Below, piece by piece: positions 29,178 through 38,090 of a DNA stretch of 64,000 bases. The notes beneath the pieces are model-generated. The model saw nothing but the letters and a program-made list of their open reading frames with translations. It did no database searches and had not been told where the DNA came from. The DNA is from a virus. Lineage: Duplodnaviria; Heunggongvirae; Uroviricota; Caudoviricetes; Straboviridae. Position 1 is the stretch's first letter, and each line of letters begins with the position of its first letter. Where the stretch lies: the IMG/VR virus record IMGVR_UViG_638275431_000001, positions 19,196-83,195 of that record; one strand, 5' to 3'. The translations under genes and the position numbers were made by a program.

Positions 29178-30404
29178 TTATGGAGGGTTTAAATCATCTG
29201 CAGCTTGCCAATTTTCGACTACGTGTGGAATAAATCGACTGTTATTGCCGGTAATTCGGCTATCATCTTCTCTGATACCCAAACCCACAGCATCGCTACC
29301 TACCATCCATACACCAAGCATTGGGTAGCAACCATCGAAATCTTTCCATTCGATATATTCCTGGACGATACGCGGTTCTTCTGCGTAATTGCCATCGGTG
29401 AATTCACTTTCTCCACCATATTCAAAAATATGAACATTGCAACCTTCGCGAGAAAGAAGAGGCTTTGACACCCATTTCGGATTTTCATAAGTGAACAGAT
29501 TAAATCGGTCAAAATCATCTTCCATATACGCTGGAACCAACCACTCACAGTCAGGATAACGCTCATAAAGAAGAACCAAAAGTGCTTTGTTGGAAAGCAT
29601 CATTTTCCAAGTTGGTTCAATAAACCGAGTGTTGCTTCCACCGATGGCTTTGCCAAAATCGTCTTCATACAACCATTCCCATGGATACAGTTTGAAGCAG
29701 GTGTCGATATGTTGGCCTTCAATGTCATAAAAATTACCATCATCACTGAGCTGAATTTCAGCTATATCAAACATTTTGACATTCAGTCCTGCTTCTGAAG
29801 CGGTTTCAGCCATATATGCGATTGTAGCAAAATCATCAACTTGCGTAGTAGCTACAAAGCTGATTTTATCACCAATTGCGTATAAGGTGCTCATATCACG
29901 CCAGTGATTAACCAACGCTTCATGAATTTCGTTAAATTGAAAAGCTTCTTGATGGAATTTTTCGTGTTGATCATTGAACCAATTCCATTGAGAAATTGCA
30001 GATTCAATGAGAATTGTGGGGGTATCGGCATTATATTCGAGAAGCTTGGGTCCGTTTTCGGTCATGATGAAATCAAACCGCCCATAAAGGCCCCATTCAT
30101 CATCTTCCCAGCTTCGCATGATTTGGTCACGAGACTCATATGGGATATTGAACATGTCGAAAATTTCATTTTGTTTCTTGCTGTCGCGTGTAAACAGCCA
30201 TTCTATTGTCTCAAGACACATTTCATGGATTTCGTTTGCAGCTTTCTCGAGTTGCTCTTGCTCTTTGCGAGTGAAAGAGTAATACTTAGGCTGAACCATC
30301 GCTTCGGTCCAATAAGGACCTTCTTCAGTAGTGGTCCACAAAACACCTTCGGAAGTCAACTGTGGCAACCAATCTTTACGAGCTTCAATAGATACGCGTT
30401 TCAT
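29178..30404 (-). CDS. ATP-grasp enzyme of the glutathionylspermidine-synthase family (GspS/YgiC/YjfC-like)
   Basis: EYNADTPT and WVSKPLLSREGCNVHIF motifs typical of the GSP_synth family; 408 aa. Confidence 0.5.
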   Translation of the reverse strand: MKRVSIEARKDWLPQLTSEGVLWTTTEEGPYWTEAMVQPKYYSFTRKEQEQLEKAANEIHEMCLETIEWLFTRDSKKQNEIFDMFNIPYESRDQIMRSWEDDEWGLYGRFDFIMTENGPKLLEYNADTPTILIESAISQWNWFNDQHEKFHQEAFQFNEIHEALVNHWRDMSTLYAIGDKISFVATTQVDDFATIAYMAETASEAGLNVKMFDIAEIQLSDDGNFYDIEGQHIDTCFKLYPWEWLYEDDFGKAIGGSNTRFIEPTWKMMLSNKALLVLLYERYPDCEWLVPAYMEDDFDRFNLFTYENPKWVSKPLLSREGCNVHIFEYGGESEFTDGNYAEEPRIVQEYIEWKDFDGCYPMLGVWMVGSDAVGLGIREDDSRITGNNSRFIPHVVENWQAADDLNPP

Positions 30405-30557
30405 TCTACTTTCTCCAAAACGGCGTCAATCCAAATTCGGTAAGCTTCCTGGTCAGTTTTGCCGGGAATTTTTCCAATGCGTCTGGGCACAAAATGTAAC
30501 CAATTTCAGTTTCACGCCCTTCCCAGTCAACTGCTGGACCGCGGATATTACTCCTTG

Positions 30558-30603
30558 TTGATTTGATGGGCCTAAGTAAATCATAGTCCCATCATTGTAA
30601 ACT
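30558..30603 (-). promoter_or_regulatory. PeSL-like cassette (copy 3)
   Basis: Near-identical to 24110..24155; followed by AAGGAG and a ~150-nt leader to the GspS-like gene. Confidence 0.5.
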
Positions 30604-30614
30604 GCTTTTTGAAA

Positions 30615-31223
30615 TTAACCACCAGAAGAGCCAAAGCCACCGGATTTTCCGAAACCGCCAGATGACATTCTCACCACTGGTTTAGAAGATGCTGCCGGTT
30701 TGGCAAAACTTCCCTTACCGAAGGAAGTTTTGAAAGTGTTTGCACCAATAGAACCTTTTCCAGGAGGAACGTAGGAACCATTCGCGGTGACGAAGCCATT
30801 TCGCCGATCTTCGGATCGGCTTGGTGCATATACTGGCATCGGGCGAGCATTGCTTGACATCATTTGGCCAACAATCATGCCAACCATAGCTGGAACGAAC
30901 ACATCGCTGAAACTGCCGTCGGAATTCTGAATTTGCGTTTGGGTGCATACAGTGCCAGTGCCAGATTCACATGATGTTTGGTCATCGAATTTTGGTGCAG
31001 CTGAGGTGTGTTCATCCTTTGCTTGCTTAAATGCTAGTTGGCATTGCTCCATCGAACCACCACCCAGTTCTTGACATTGCTCTGCCGAAGTCGCGGTGAC
31101 GGTAGGCGTAGATTCTCCGCCGAGACCATTATAAGAAAATGTATCAGACTGTTGCTCGCCACAACCGGAAAGTGCTGCTGCTACGAATGCCGCCATGATG
31201 CCCATTTTCATTTGCTTTTGCAT
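30615..31223 (-). CDS. Lipoprotein with a Gly-rich C-terminus (lipobox LSGC)
   Basis: Signal peptide plus lipobox; GGFGKSGGFGSSGG tail. Confidence 0.5.
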   Translation of the reverse strand: MQKQMKMGIMAAFVAAALSGCGEQQSDTFSYNGLGGESTPTVTATSAEQCQELGGGSMEQCQLAFKQAKDEHTSAAPKFDDQTSCESGTGTVCTQTQIQNSDGSFSDVFVPAMVGMIVGQMMSSNARPMPVYAPSRSEDRRNGFVTANGSYVPPGKGSIGANTFKTSFGKGSFAKPAASSKPVVRMSSGGFGKSGGFGSSGG

Positions 31224-31224
31224 T

Positions 31225-31452
31225 TTATTCTCCGATTGTCAGTGTTTGTTTATTGATTACTTGATTTTTTCGGCAAACAAGAATTTCTTCGCCATTTGGT
31301 GTAATTGCAGTTGCTAACCCATGAGGGCATGCTGAATCAATCGGATTATAAATTTCATTATCTGAAAAAGCCGGTATTGTTATGGCTAACAGAATAGCAA
31401 TAATCGCCACTAATACCATCAATTCGATTAAAGTAAAACCACGGCTAAGCAT
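31225..31452 (-). CDS. Type IV pilin / pseudopilin-like protein (class III signal peptide)
   Basis: MLSRGFTLIELMVLVAIIAILLAI is a canonical prepilin-peptidase site (G|FTLIE) plus hydrophobic helix; 75 aa. Confidence 0.6.
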   Translation of the reverse strand: MLSRGFTLIELMVLVAIIAILLAITIPAFSDNEIYNPIDSACPHGLATAITPNGEEILVCRKNQVINKQTLTIGE

Positions 31453-31479
31453 AATATTCCATTTAACAAGTTATCTTAT

Positions 31480-31505
31480 CAAAATGGGCTCCCGAAGGAG
31501 CCCGA
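31480..31505 (-). terminator. Rho-independent terminator (gggctcccgaaggagccc plus U-run) after the SPFH gene
   Basis: Hairpin plus T-run. Confidence 0.6.
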
Positions 31506-31511
31506 GTTAAA

Positions 31512-32435
31512 TTACTTGGAGCGCATATCCATCAGCATTTGGCCATCATAACCGGCGCCGACCACGGTCTGCGGCACACCACCTTGGTATTTGTTGGCGC
31601 GAATCATTTCGACTTCCAGCTGGCGCCATTTGATCATTTCAGGAGTAATGGTTTTCTGCAGCAGAGTGTTAGCTTCGGCTTCTTTACCAGCGGCGTACAG
31701 TTTAGCATCAGCGTCACGTTCGTTAGCAACAGCGTTTTGTTCACGAGCTTCACGTGCAGCTTCGGCGGTCTTAACCTGCTGTTGTGCCACTTTTTCGGCT
31801 TTATCCAGATCCGCTTGGGCTTGGTTTACGGCTTCTTCACGAATTTTGGTTTGCTCAACCTGGTCTTGAATCAGCTTCGGCAGAGTAATTTCTTGCAGGA
31901 ATACTTCGGTTACTTCATAACCAAACGGCTTGGAATAGTCATTGACTTCAGTTTTGATCATGTCTTGCAGCATGGATTGAGTGGTCGCATCGCCAAACAG
32001 ATCTTGTGCTTTCTTGATGTTTTTACCAGATTCGCGAACGGTACTCTCGAATTTCTTCGCGACGTACTTGTCAATGGCCTGGCGTTCGGTACCGCCATTG
32101 ATACGAACCATTTGGGCTTTATCACCGTCGAATCGCAGCATCAAAGTGATATCGACAGAAGTTTTCAGTTTATCTTGAGAAGGAACTTGTACGTTTGAGA
32201 ATTCCATCTTCAGATCACGAGTTGAATAGGTATCAACTGATGCCAACGGATTGATGATGTTCAGGCCGGGCTGCATGATATTTGGGCTAACTTTACCAAG
32301 GAAAGTAGTAGTTGCAACAGAGCCATCATCAACGACGGTGAAAACGTTGGCCGCCAGAAGCAGTACGCCGGCTACACCAGCACCAATCAGAGCATGTTTA
32401 CGAGTGATTTTCGGAGTTTTGTTCATAGTACGCAT
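31512..32435 (-). CDS. SPFH/Band 7 (prohibitin/HflC-like) membrane protein
   Basis: N-terminal TM helix, SPFH core, Ala/Glu-rich coiled coil (AQADLDKAEKVAQQQVKTAEAAREAREQNA). Confidence 0.65.
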   Translation of the reverse strand: MRTMNKTPKITRKHALIGAGVAGVLLLAANVFTVVDDGSVATTTFLGKVSPNIMQPGLNIINPLASVDTYSTRDLKMEFSNVQVPSQDKLKTSVDITLMLRFDGDKAQMVRINGGTERQAIDKYVAKKFESTVRESGKNIKKAQDLFGDATTQSMLQDMIKTEVNDYSKPFGYEVTEVFLQEITLPKLIQDQVEQTKIREEAVNQAQADLDKAEKVAQQQVKTAEAAREAREQNAVANERDADAKLYAAGKEAEANTLLQKTITPEMIKWRQLEVEMIRANKYQGGVPQTVVGAGYDGQMLMDMRSK

Positions 32436-32455
32436 TATATTTCCTTTTGATTGAA

Positions 32456-32719
32456 TTAGGGTTTTGCAGTTACGATGATATAGCTTTCATTGCGATGAGA
32501 TTCGCACCGAATCTCATATCCAAGAGCTCTTAGATAGTCGACGATATCTCTGGTGTAAATTCCAGGGAATTTATCGCCTGCGAAGGTGATTGTAAAAACT
32601 CGTTTGGAAATCATTTCGTCGGCAACGAATTTTCCAACAGGAGCTAATTTGCGTTTCAACTCTTCAGTGGCAAAAGCTTGGGCAAGTTGAACTTGGGCAA
32701 AAACATCAGAACTTTTCAT
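32456..32719 (-). CDS. Hypothetical protein (87 aa)
   Basis: ORF only. Confidence 0.35.
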   Translation of the reverse strand: MKSSDVFAQVQLAQAFATEELKRKLAPVGKFVADEMISKRVFTITFAGDKFPGIYTRDIVDYLRALGYEIRCESHRNESYIIVTAKP

Positions 32720-32792
32720 GATATGTTTCTCATTTTGTTTAACTTGAGGCTATTCTATACGAAACAGCCTCATTGTAAACAACTTTTTGAAA

Positions 32793-33365
32793 TTATTTTG
32801 AAGATTTTCCCATGTTCCAATGTTTGCGACAGACGGAAATGTATTGGTCATTGCCGCCTATTGACACCCGCGGGCCCCAAATTTTTTTACCATGCTCGTC
32901 AATTCGCATTGTCATGGTGGCTTTTTTACCACACCAACAATTTTCTTGTGTTCTACCTTTTCTTCTGCTAAAACGAGAAGCTGGAATGAGGCGGGGAACA
33001 AGAAGCAATTCGATCAGACAGCAATCCGTAACACATGACAGGAATTTCCAAACAATCGACAATATAGCAAGGTGTTTTACTTGATCAATTGTCAGAAATT
33101 GTGCTTCATCAACCAGAACACAGTGATTTCCATTGATTTCACTTTCGCGGTCAATAATAGCCTTTAGACTATCGTCGCGACTGATCATATGTGCTTTTGC
33201 AGAAATGCCGATTCTTGACGAGACTGTTGAGCCGTCCCGCGTATCGACTGCCGGTTTAAGAATGATTGAATTCATTCCGCGTTCTTTGTAATTGAATGCC
33301 ACTTGAAGCAAATGTGAAGATTTACCAGAATTCATTGCAGCATAATGAAAGTGAAGACTCGCCAT
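32793..33365 (-). CDS. tk: Thymidine kinase. The central ~42 codons are out of register with T4 Tk; homologous residues appear in the other two frames
   Basis: YAAMNSGKS, VLVDEAQFL and C-terminal CWCGKKATM match T4 Tk. Frame 2 gives YIVDCLEIPVMCYGLLSD and frame 3 gives LFPASFQLLVLAEEKVEHKKIV, which match T4 RIVDTYNVPVMAYGLRTD and LFEGSKELLAIADKLIELKAV. Confidence 0.8.
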   Translation of the reverse strand: MASLHFHYAAMNSGKSSHLLQVAFNYKERGMNSIILKPAVDTRDGSTVSSRIGISAKAHMISRDDSLKAIIDRESEINGNHCVLVDEAQFLTIDQVKHLAILSIVWKFLSCVTDCCLIELLLVPRLIPASRFSRRKGRTQENCWCGKKATMTMRIDEHGKKIWGPRVSIGGNDQYISVCRKHWNMGKSSK

Positions 33366-33832
33366 TAACTCATCCCATTAATTCGTTTGAAGATTTCATA
33401 ATTGGTGTGATAAAGGTCGTCAGTGACCTCTTCGCCAAACCAGGAAACTGGTTCAAAATTCGCCGCATCATACGGAGTTTTAAACTCGACTTCAGCATAC
33501 ATTTCACCAGTCGACAAAATATCCAACTCAACAGTGTGATATGAATACCCCGTTTTAACAAACCAACGTTCCTTGACGACGCATTTTGGATGACCCGCAT
33601 CAGCATGAATTTTGTTGATTTCTTCGTGACTTATATCAGTTTCGATTTCTTCGCGCACAAGGCCTTGTCCAGTTTTCACAGTTTTAACGAAAACTTCAGG
33701 GAGGCCTTTTTCCATCACGCTACGATATCGAGCACCTTCGTGATAAAACTGAGCAATTTGCTGTTTTCGAAATGTCACAGACGGCTGAAATGGGAACACT
33801 GGAACAATCCACTTACGTTCGATTTCAAGCAT
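33365..33832 (-). CDS. CYTH-domain protein (CyaB/thiamine-triphosphatase-like triphosphate tunnel metalloenzyme)
   Basis: N-terminal EIERKW signature plus acidic EEIETD...HEE; 155 aa. Confidence 0.55.
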   Translation of the reverse strand: MLEIERKWIVPVFPFQPSVTFRKQQIAQFYHEGARYRSVMEKGLPEVFVKTVKTGQGLVREEIETDISHEEINKIHADAGHPKCVVKERWFVKTGYSYHTVELDILSTGEMYAEVEFKTPYDAANFEPVSWFGEEVTDDLYHTNYEIFKRINGMS

Positions 33833-34160
33833 TCGGTTTTCTCCGATATTGGATGACTTTTACTTCAACCGGAAATACTTCGTCCAGCAAAATTTCATCG
33901 CCGTCATTTTCGTATGGTGTTTCATCTTGCAGTTCGGTTGCACCTTCAGAATAATCAGTTTCGAAATACCGAGTCGTCTCATCGTCAGGACGAGTTACCG
34001 CCAAAATCTGTCGGTAAACCGTAGACCATCGACGCTCGTCATATACTTCTTTTTCAACGCTTTCAATGACAAAAGGCTCAGTAAAGCCCCAATCACCAAT
34101 TTCAACAGTGATTTTGTCTTCGTATGTCATTTCACGCAAAAGATCGGTTGGAAATTTCAT
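33825..34160 (-). CDS. Hypothetical acidic protein (111 aa)
   Basis: ORF only. Confidence 0.35.
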   Translation of the reverse strand: MKFPTDLLREMTYEDKITVEIGDWGFTEPFVIESVEKEVYDERRWSTVYRQILAVTRPDDETTRYFETDYSEGATELQDETPYENDGDEILLDEVFPVEVKVIQYRRKPNA

Positions 34161-34163
34161 TTT

Positions 34164-34364
34164 TTACTCCACTATAACAGTTTGACCGATAAACAGCTGG
34201 CCATTGTGCTTAATTTCATAGTTGACTTTAACACAATCACCAACTTCGCGATATGAGTGGATAATAACGCCGTCCAGGTCAGGACCAAAAAGATGAATGA
34301 AAGCAGCTTCAAACACTTTTTGCATAACCGGGCCGCACTGTTGCCATTTACCTTTAACTTCCAT
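34164..34364 (-). CDS. Hypothetical protein (66 aa)
   Basis: ORF only. Confidence 0.3.
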   Translation of the reverse strand: MEVKGKWQQCGPVMQKVFEAAFIHLFGPDLDGVIIHSYREVGDCVKVNYEIKHNGQLFIGQTVIVE

Positions 34365-34839
34365 CGAATTCTACCACCGTGATATCGATATTTGGGGTAA
34401 CTTCATTGATGATTGCTTCAATTTTGTCCCAATCGCCTCGGGCAAGACCGGCACCTATTTTAGGAATACACATAGTTGGGCGTAAACCAAAATCAACAGT
34501 CTCTTGACACAGTGTATTAACTTCCGCAAAACAAGCTCTAACGGCGTCGTAAGAAAGCATATCGGCAGGATCCCAAAATGTTGCTTGGGTATACATATTG
34601 AAGGCGACCCCATGCTGATCACCGCAGGCGATTGGAGAACCACTGATTGTACCCAACTTTTTACGGTCACCTTCAGTGGTCAATTGATCAAGCTGCCACA
34701 ACTCAGGAAGGCGATTCCGGACTTCTTTTGCAATTCCAGAACCCATTCGGTTAAAAATGTTACAACCGTGAGCAAACATTTGATATTTGCCGGACAAGAA
34801 AAGGCTAATTGCGTTGCCGTGTACATATTCAACAATCAT
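34354..34839 (-). CDS. Macro-domain protein (ADP-ribose binding/processing)
   Basis: FAHGCNIFNRMGSGIAKEV resembles the macro motif VNAAN..L..GGGV..AI; 161 aa. Confidence 0.5.
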   Translation of the reverse strand: MIVEYVHGNAISLFLSGKYQMFAHGCNIFNRMGSGIAKEVRNRLPELWQLDQLTTEGDRKKLGTISGSPIACGDQHGVAFNMYTQATFWDPADMLSYDAVRACFAEVNTLCQETVDFGLRPTMCIPKIGAGLARGDWDKIEAIINEVTPNIDITVVEFDGS

Positions 34840-35276
34840 AGAGTGAATTCTCCTTTGCCGTAAGGTGTAGTAATTGACATAACTTTGCCCATCGGGTTGA
34901 AATCGGGATTATCTTTACGCCAAATAACGATAGCAGAACCAGTCCGAACGTAGTAAACGTTTTGAACAACCCCGTCGAAGCTAATCATAACTCGCTCAGA
35001 CCTAGACAAAATACTGTTGTCAGATCGTGCAGAGTCAATTATCCAATAATCGCTATTGAAAATAATCCCAAGGCAATCATCATGTTTCTGTGTGTATTGC
35101 ATATCACATGAAACCGACAGAGCAGATTCATACTTGCCATTTTCATCGGTGAATTCTTTGATTACTCCAGATTTTTCAGGAAACCAGAACATTTCGTTCA
35201 TATTCGCTGTTACAGGAGCGGCTGCGCCGCAGCCATAAATTGATAGTGCTAAAATAGCTGCTATTGACTTTTTCAT
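34836..35276 (-). CDS. Lipoprotein (lipobox LSIYGC)
   Basis: Signal peptide plus lipobox. Confidence 0.45.
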   Translation of the reverse strand: MKKSIAAILALSIYGCGAAAPVTANMNEMFWFPEKSGVIKEFTDENGKYESALSVSCDMQYTQKHDDCLGIIFNSDYWIIDSARSDNSILSRSERVMISFDGVVQNVYYVRTGSAIVIWRKDNPDFNPMGKVMSITTPYGKGEFTL

Positions 35277-35494
35277 ATTTCACCCTCGTATGCGAGAACA
35301 TCATTGAAATCATAGCTCTGGAAGCCGACACCACTTGAATGAGTCAAGCTATAAACAGTCATTTCCATTTCAGAATCCCAGAGAATGTCAAAACCAAACG
35401 TATTTCCATTGGTGTAATGGATACGATTGAATTCTGTATCTACGGCGTCCACGTATGGACGCCCAGCAATAACAAAAAGATGATATTGATGCAT
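35273..35494 (-). CDS. Hypothetical protein (73 aa)
   Basis: ORF only. Confidence 0.3.
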   Translation of the reverse strand: MHQYHLFVIAGRPYVDAVDTEFNRIHYTNGNTFGFDILWDSEMEMTVYSLTHSSGVGFQSYDFNDVLAYEGEI

Positions 35495-35500
35495 TTTACC

Positions 35501-35752
35501 TCACAGCCAGTATTCCCGAATGAATCTTTCAGTTTCTATGCGGACTTCAGACGAGTTAAAATCGGTATGAAGCATAATTTGGGAATCGTGGGAATCACGA
35601 GTAATCAAAAACTCGTATCCAATAGATTCTTCTGGCATAGCTACGTTCATATCGTAAAGCGAATCGAAAAATCGGCAACCTTCCAATTTAGCACGATCAA
35701 CTTCAACAGTCACAATAACCGCGATACCGAACTTATTGATGATGAATTCCAT
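35501..35752 (-). CDS. Hypothetical protein (83 aa)
   Basis: ORF only. Confidence 0.3.
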   Translation of the reverse strand: MEFIINKFGIAVIVTVEVDRAKLEGCRFFDSLYDMNVAMPEESIGYEFLITRDSHDSQIMLHTDFNSSEVRIETERFIREYWL

Positions 35753-36282
35753 AACTTACTCCACATTTGATTGGTTTGTTTAACTGAGGTTATAGTATCC
35801 CATAGCCTCAAAAATGTAAACATTTGTTGGTGAATAAAGTCCATTCGCTTAAGCTTTTGATTTTTTGTCAAAACACGATCAGCATATCTCAAACCAGTGT
35901 GGTAATTCCAACCTGCATTGTATGAAGCTAAAGCAATTCGAATGTTACCTTTTCGAACCTTGAGCCAGTACGAGAGTTCATCCATAGCCCATTCGGCAGA
36001 AGAACTTTTACGCTCTAAATCCTTTTTCAGATACCAGTGTCTGAACGGAATTCCTCTATTGTCGAGTTTAGATGTAACCGTTGTGTAAAGATTTTGAAAC
36101 ATCCCATATGCATGATGACCCTTTTTATTTCTGCCAGTGTTTATTCCAGCTGATGATTCTTCCCATGCGATAGCGGCGAATAATGTGCCAAGATACCGAT
36201 CGTTCCAGAAATTCGGATTATTGACATCTCGCAATTCTCCCATCAAGTCATAAGCTTTCCCATAGTTGTAAGCATACGACAA
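35710..36282 (-). CDS. Lytic transglycosylase (SLT domain). The N-terminus is unclear: the ORF-finder start is TTG, and protein-like sequence continues upstream without an ATG
   Basis: AIAWEESSAG...HAYGMFQ SLT catalytic motif; the upstream in-frame peptide IVFATHVYAGPGPVQDF lacks a start; an out-of-frame ATG with RBS GGAGGGG is nearby. Confidence 0.5.
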   Translation of the reverse strand: MSYAYNYGKAYDLMGELRDVNNPNFWNDRYLGTLFAAIAWEESSAGINTGRNKKGHHAYGMFQNLYTTVTSKLDNRGIPFRHWYLKKDLERKSSSAEWAMDELSYWLKVRKGNIRIALASYNAGWNYHTGLRYADRVLTKNQKLKRMDFIHQQMFTFLRLWDTITSVKQTNQMWSKLWNSSSISSVSRLL

Positions 36283-36397
36283 ATTGTACTTTTGAGTGTC
36301 CGTAAAATCCTGTACCGGACCCGGACCGGCATAAACATGTGTGGCAAATACGATCCATGAGAATCATCCAATACCCCTCATAACCCCTCCATTTTAA

Positions 36398-36832
36398 TTA
36401 CTTTTCGTAGTCTACCGTTTGGAAGTTAAACGTCGCCGAATTGACTATTGCCATTCGGCATGTCAAAGAAGAACTGTATTCTGATGATGGCGGAATTTTG
36501 GAAGGAGTAATTCCAATCCAAAGCGATCCATTAGTGATTTCTAAGCGAATTGGCCGATATTCTACACCTTCGACCCGTTTTTCGTCAAGATGTGGAGGAT
36601 ACGGAAGAGACATGTATGCGTCAACTTCATGTATTTTTTCCTTCAAACCTTTGATCAAGCTCAGCGTGTCATCGATATTGATATTGCGAAGCAAAAGGTC
36701 ATCTATGAAATGATAAGTGTATTCCAGATGAAAACGGTGGCCATGACCAGAAGCCAACCGAGCTTCTTCGATTTTTCTGTTGATTTCTTTAAACTCTGCT
36801 TCGAGGATTCTCCGAAGTTTGTAGCGATTCAT
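36398..36832 (-). CDS. Hypothetical protein (144 aa)
   Basis: ORF only. Confidence 0.35.
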   Translation of the reverse strand: MNRYKLRRILEAEFKEINRKIEEARLASGHGHRFHLEYTYHFIDDLLLRNINIDDTLSLIKGLKEKIHEVDAYMSLPYPPHLDEKRVEGVEYRPIRLEITNGSLWIGITPSKIPPSSEYSSSLTCRMAIVNSATFNFQTVDYEK

Positions 36833-36902
36833 GATAATACTCCATATGTTATTGATTCAAACTTATTCTAACATGGATTTTTCACGATGTACACCATAAA
36901 AT

Positions 36903-36926
36903 GAAAATGGGCTCCGAAGAGCCCAT
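36903..36926 (-). terminator. Rho-independent terminator (atgggctccgaagagcccat plus U-run)
   Basis: Hairpin plus T-run. Confidence 0.6.
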
Positions 36927-36928
36927 TG

Positions 36929-37159
36929 TTAAATTCCCATTTTTTGCTTCAATTCCACAACGTTTTTCGGAACTCCCGTAAAACGATCAGTTGTTTCTAC
37001 ATTAATCATTGTAGGCAAACCTCGAATTGCGTATTTTGCTGTTAGAGCTATGCCTTCATCAGAATCGACATCAATATATTTATAGTCAACATTTGGCAAG
37101 CATAGGTTTTTACGAGTTTGCAGTTTTGCACACCAGTCAGCGCCGAAAAGATAAATCAT
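36929..37159 (-). CDS. Thioredoxin-fold small protein (no canonical CxxC)
   Basis: MIYLFGADWCAKL..., Trx-like N-terminus; weak. Confidence 0.3.
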   Translation of the reverse strand: MIYLFGADWCAKLQTRKNLCLPNVDYKYIDVDSDEGIALTAKYAIRGLPTMINVETTDRFTGVPKNVVELKQKMGI

Positions 37160-37310
37160 TTATTTTTCCTGTATAATAAGCTATTGCAGCAATTCCTTCC
37201 AAAACAAAGAAAGAAATCACAGTTGAAAGTAATACGTCAATTATATACCCCAAATCCAAAAAGCGGATTGACATAGACAAAAATTGCGCATAAAATTAGT
37301 AGAGCCACAT

Positions 37311-38090
37311 TTATCCTAACAATGAATTAATATCAGGTCGATAATTCTCAAAATATTTGGGTTTTATTTTGGTATCATATTTTGTTGACAACTCATCTGC
37401 GAGTTTGAATTTATCAACAAATCGCCCATCTATAATAGTTATTACGTCCGATATATTAATTTGTTTTAAGAATTTTATTGCCTTTCTCGCCGCTCTTACA
37501 CCTTCGGCATTTTTGGCCTTGACGTCAGGGCGGCTTTGTGTTTCTTTTTGTATTGCCGACATACGCTCGGAATAACCAGGACGGCTATAAAGTTCAGCAT
37601 GTCGCTCAACTCGTTTTTGTCGTTCTTCCGGTCGATTGCATGCAACTCGCATACGGTTGCTGTGCTTTTTAATTTCATCACTGTCTTTATATCGCTTAAT
37701 CATTTTCTGACGTGATGTTTCACGAAATGCTTCTTTTCTCTCATCGGAAGCATACCGTAAAGCATTTCCACCAAAACCACCGTATGCGATATTAGTACAA
37801 TTCGGGTTATCAACCATACTTGAAATTAACAAAATTTCCGCTTCAATCATCTCTTCTTCGGTTGAATGTTCAAACCATTCAACCGATTTTATGCAAGAAA
37901 CACCGTATTTTGATATGGCATTTCTTAAAATTAGTCCAGACCCACAATAGGGGTCCGATAGAGGATTAATATGCGTACTTTTATGCATACCACAATAAAT
38001 TTTCTCACCTGATGATGTTTCAAATTTTGTCACATATGTTCTATAAAAGGGGCTTTCGCCCCTTGCAGTTAGCCCTGGCATGCTAAACAC
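37311..38090 (-). CDS. Second free-standing GIY-YIG homing endonuclease (seg-like), overlapping the 3' end of nrdA by 22 nt
   Basis: FYRTYVTKFETSSGEKIYCGMH...NIAYGGFGGN; paralog of the HEG at 1417..2223. Confidence 0.7.
   Translation of the reverse strand: MFSMPGLTARGESPFYRTYVTKFETSSGEKIYCGMHKSTHINPLSDPYCGSGLILRNAISKYGVSCIKSVEWFEHSTEEEMIEAEILLISSMVDNPNCTNIAYGGFGGNALRYASDERKEAFRETSRQKMIKRYKDSDEIKKHSNRMRVACNRPEERQKRVERHAELYSRPGYSERMSAIQKETQSRPDVKAKNAEGVRAARKAIKFLKQINISDVITIIDGRFVDKFKLADELSTKYDTKIKPKYFENYRPDINSLLG

Noticed and set aside
31539-32198. Plus-strand ORFs 31539..32198, 31591..31869 and others inside the SPFH gene
   Set aside because: Antisense shadow ORFs of an Ala/Glu-rich coiled-coil region, which creates long open antisense frames
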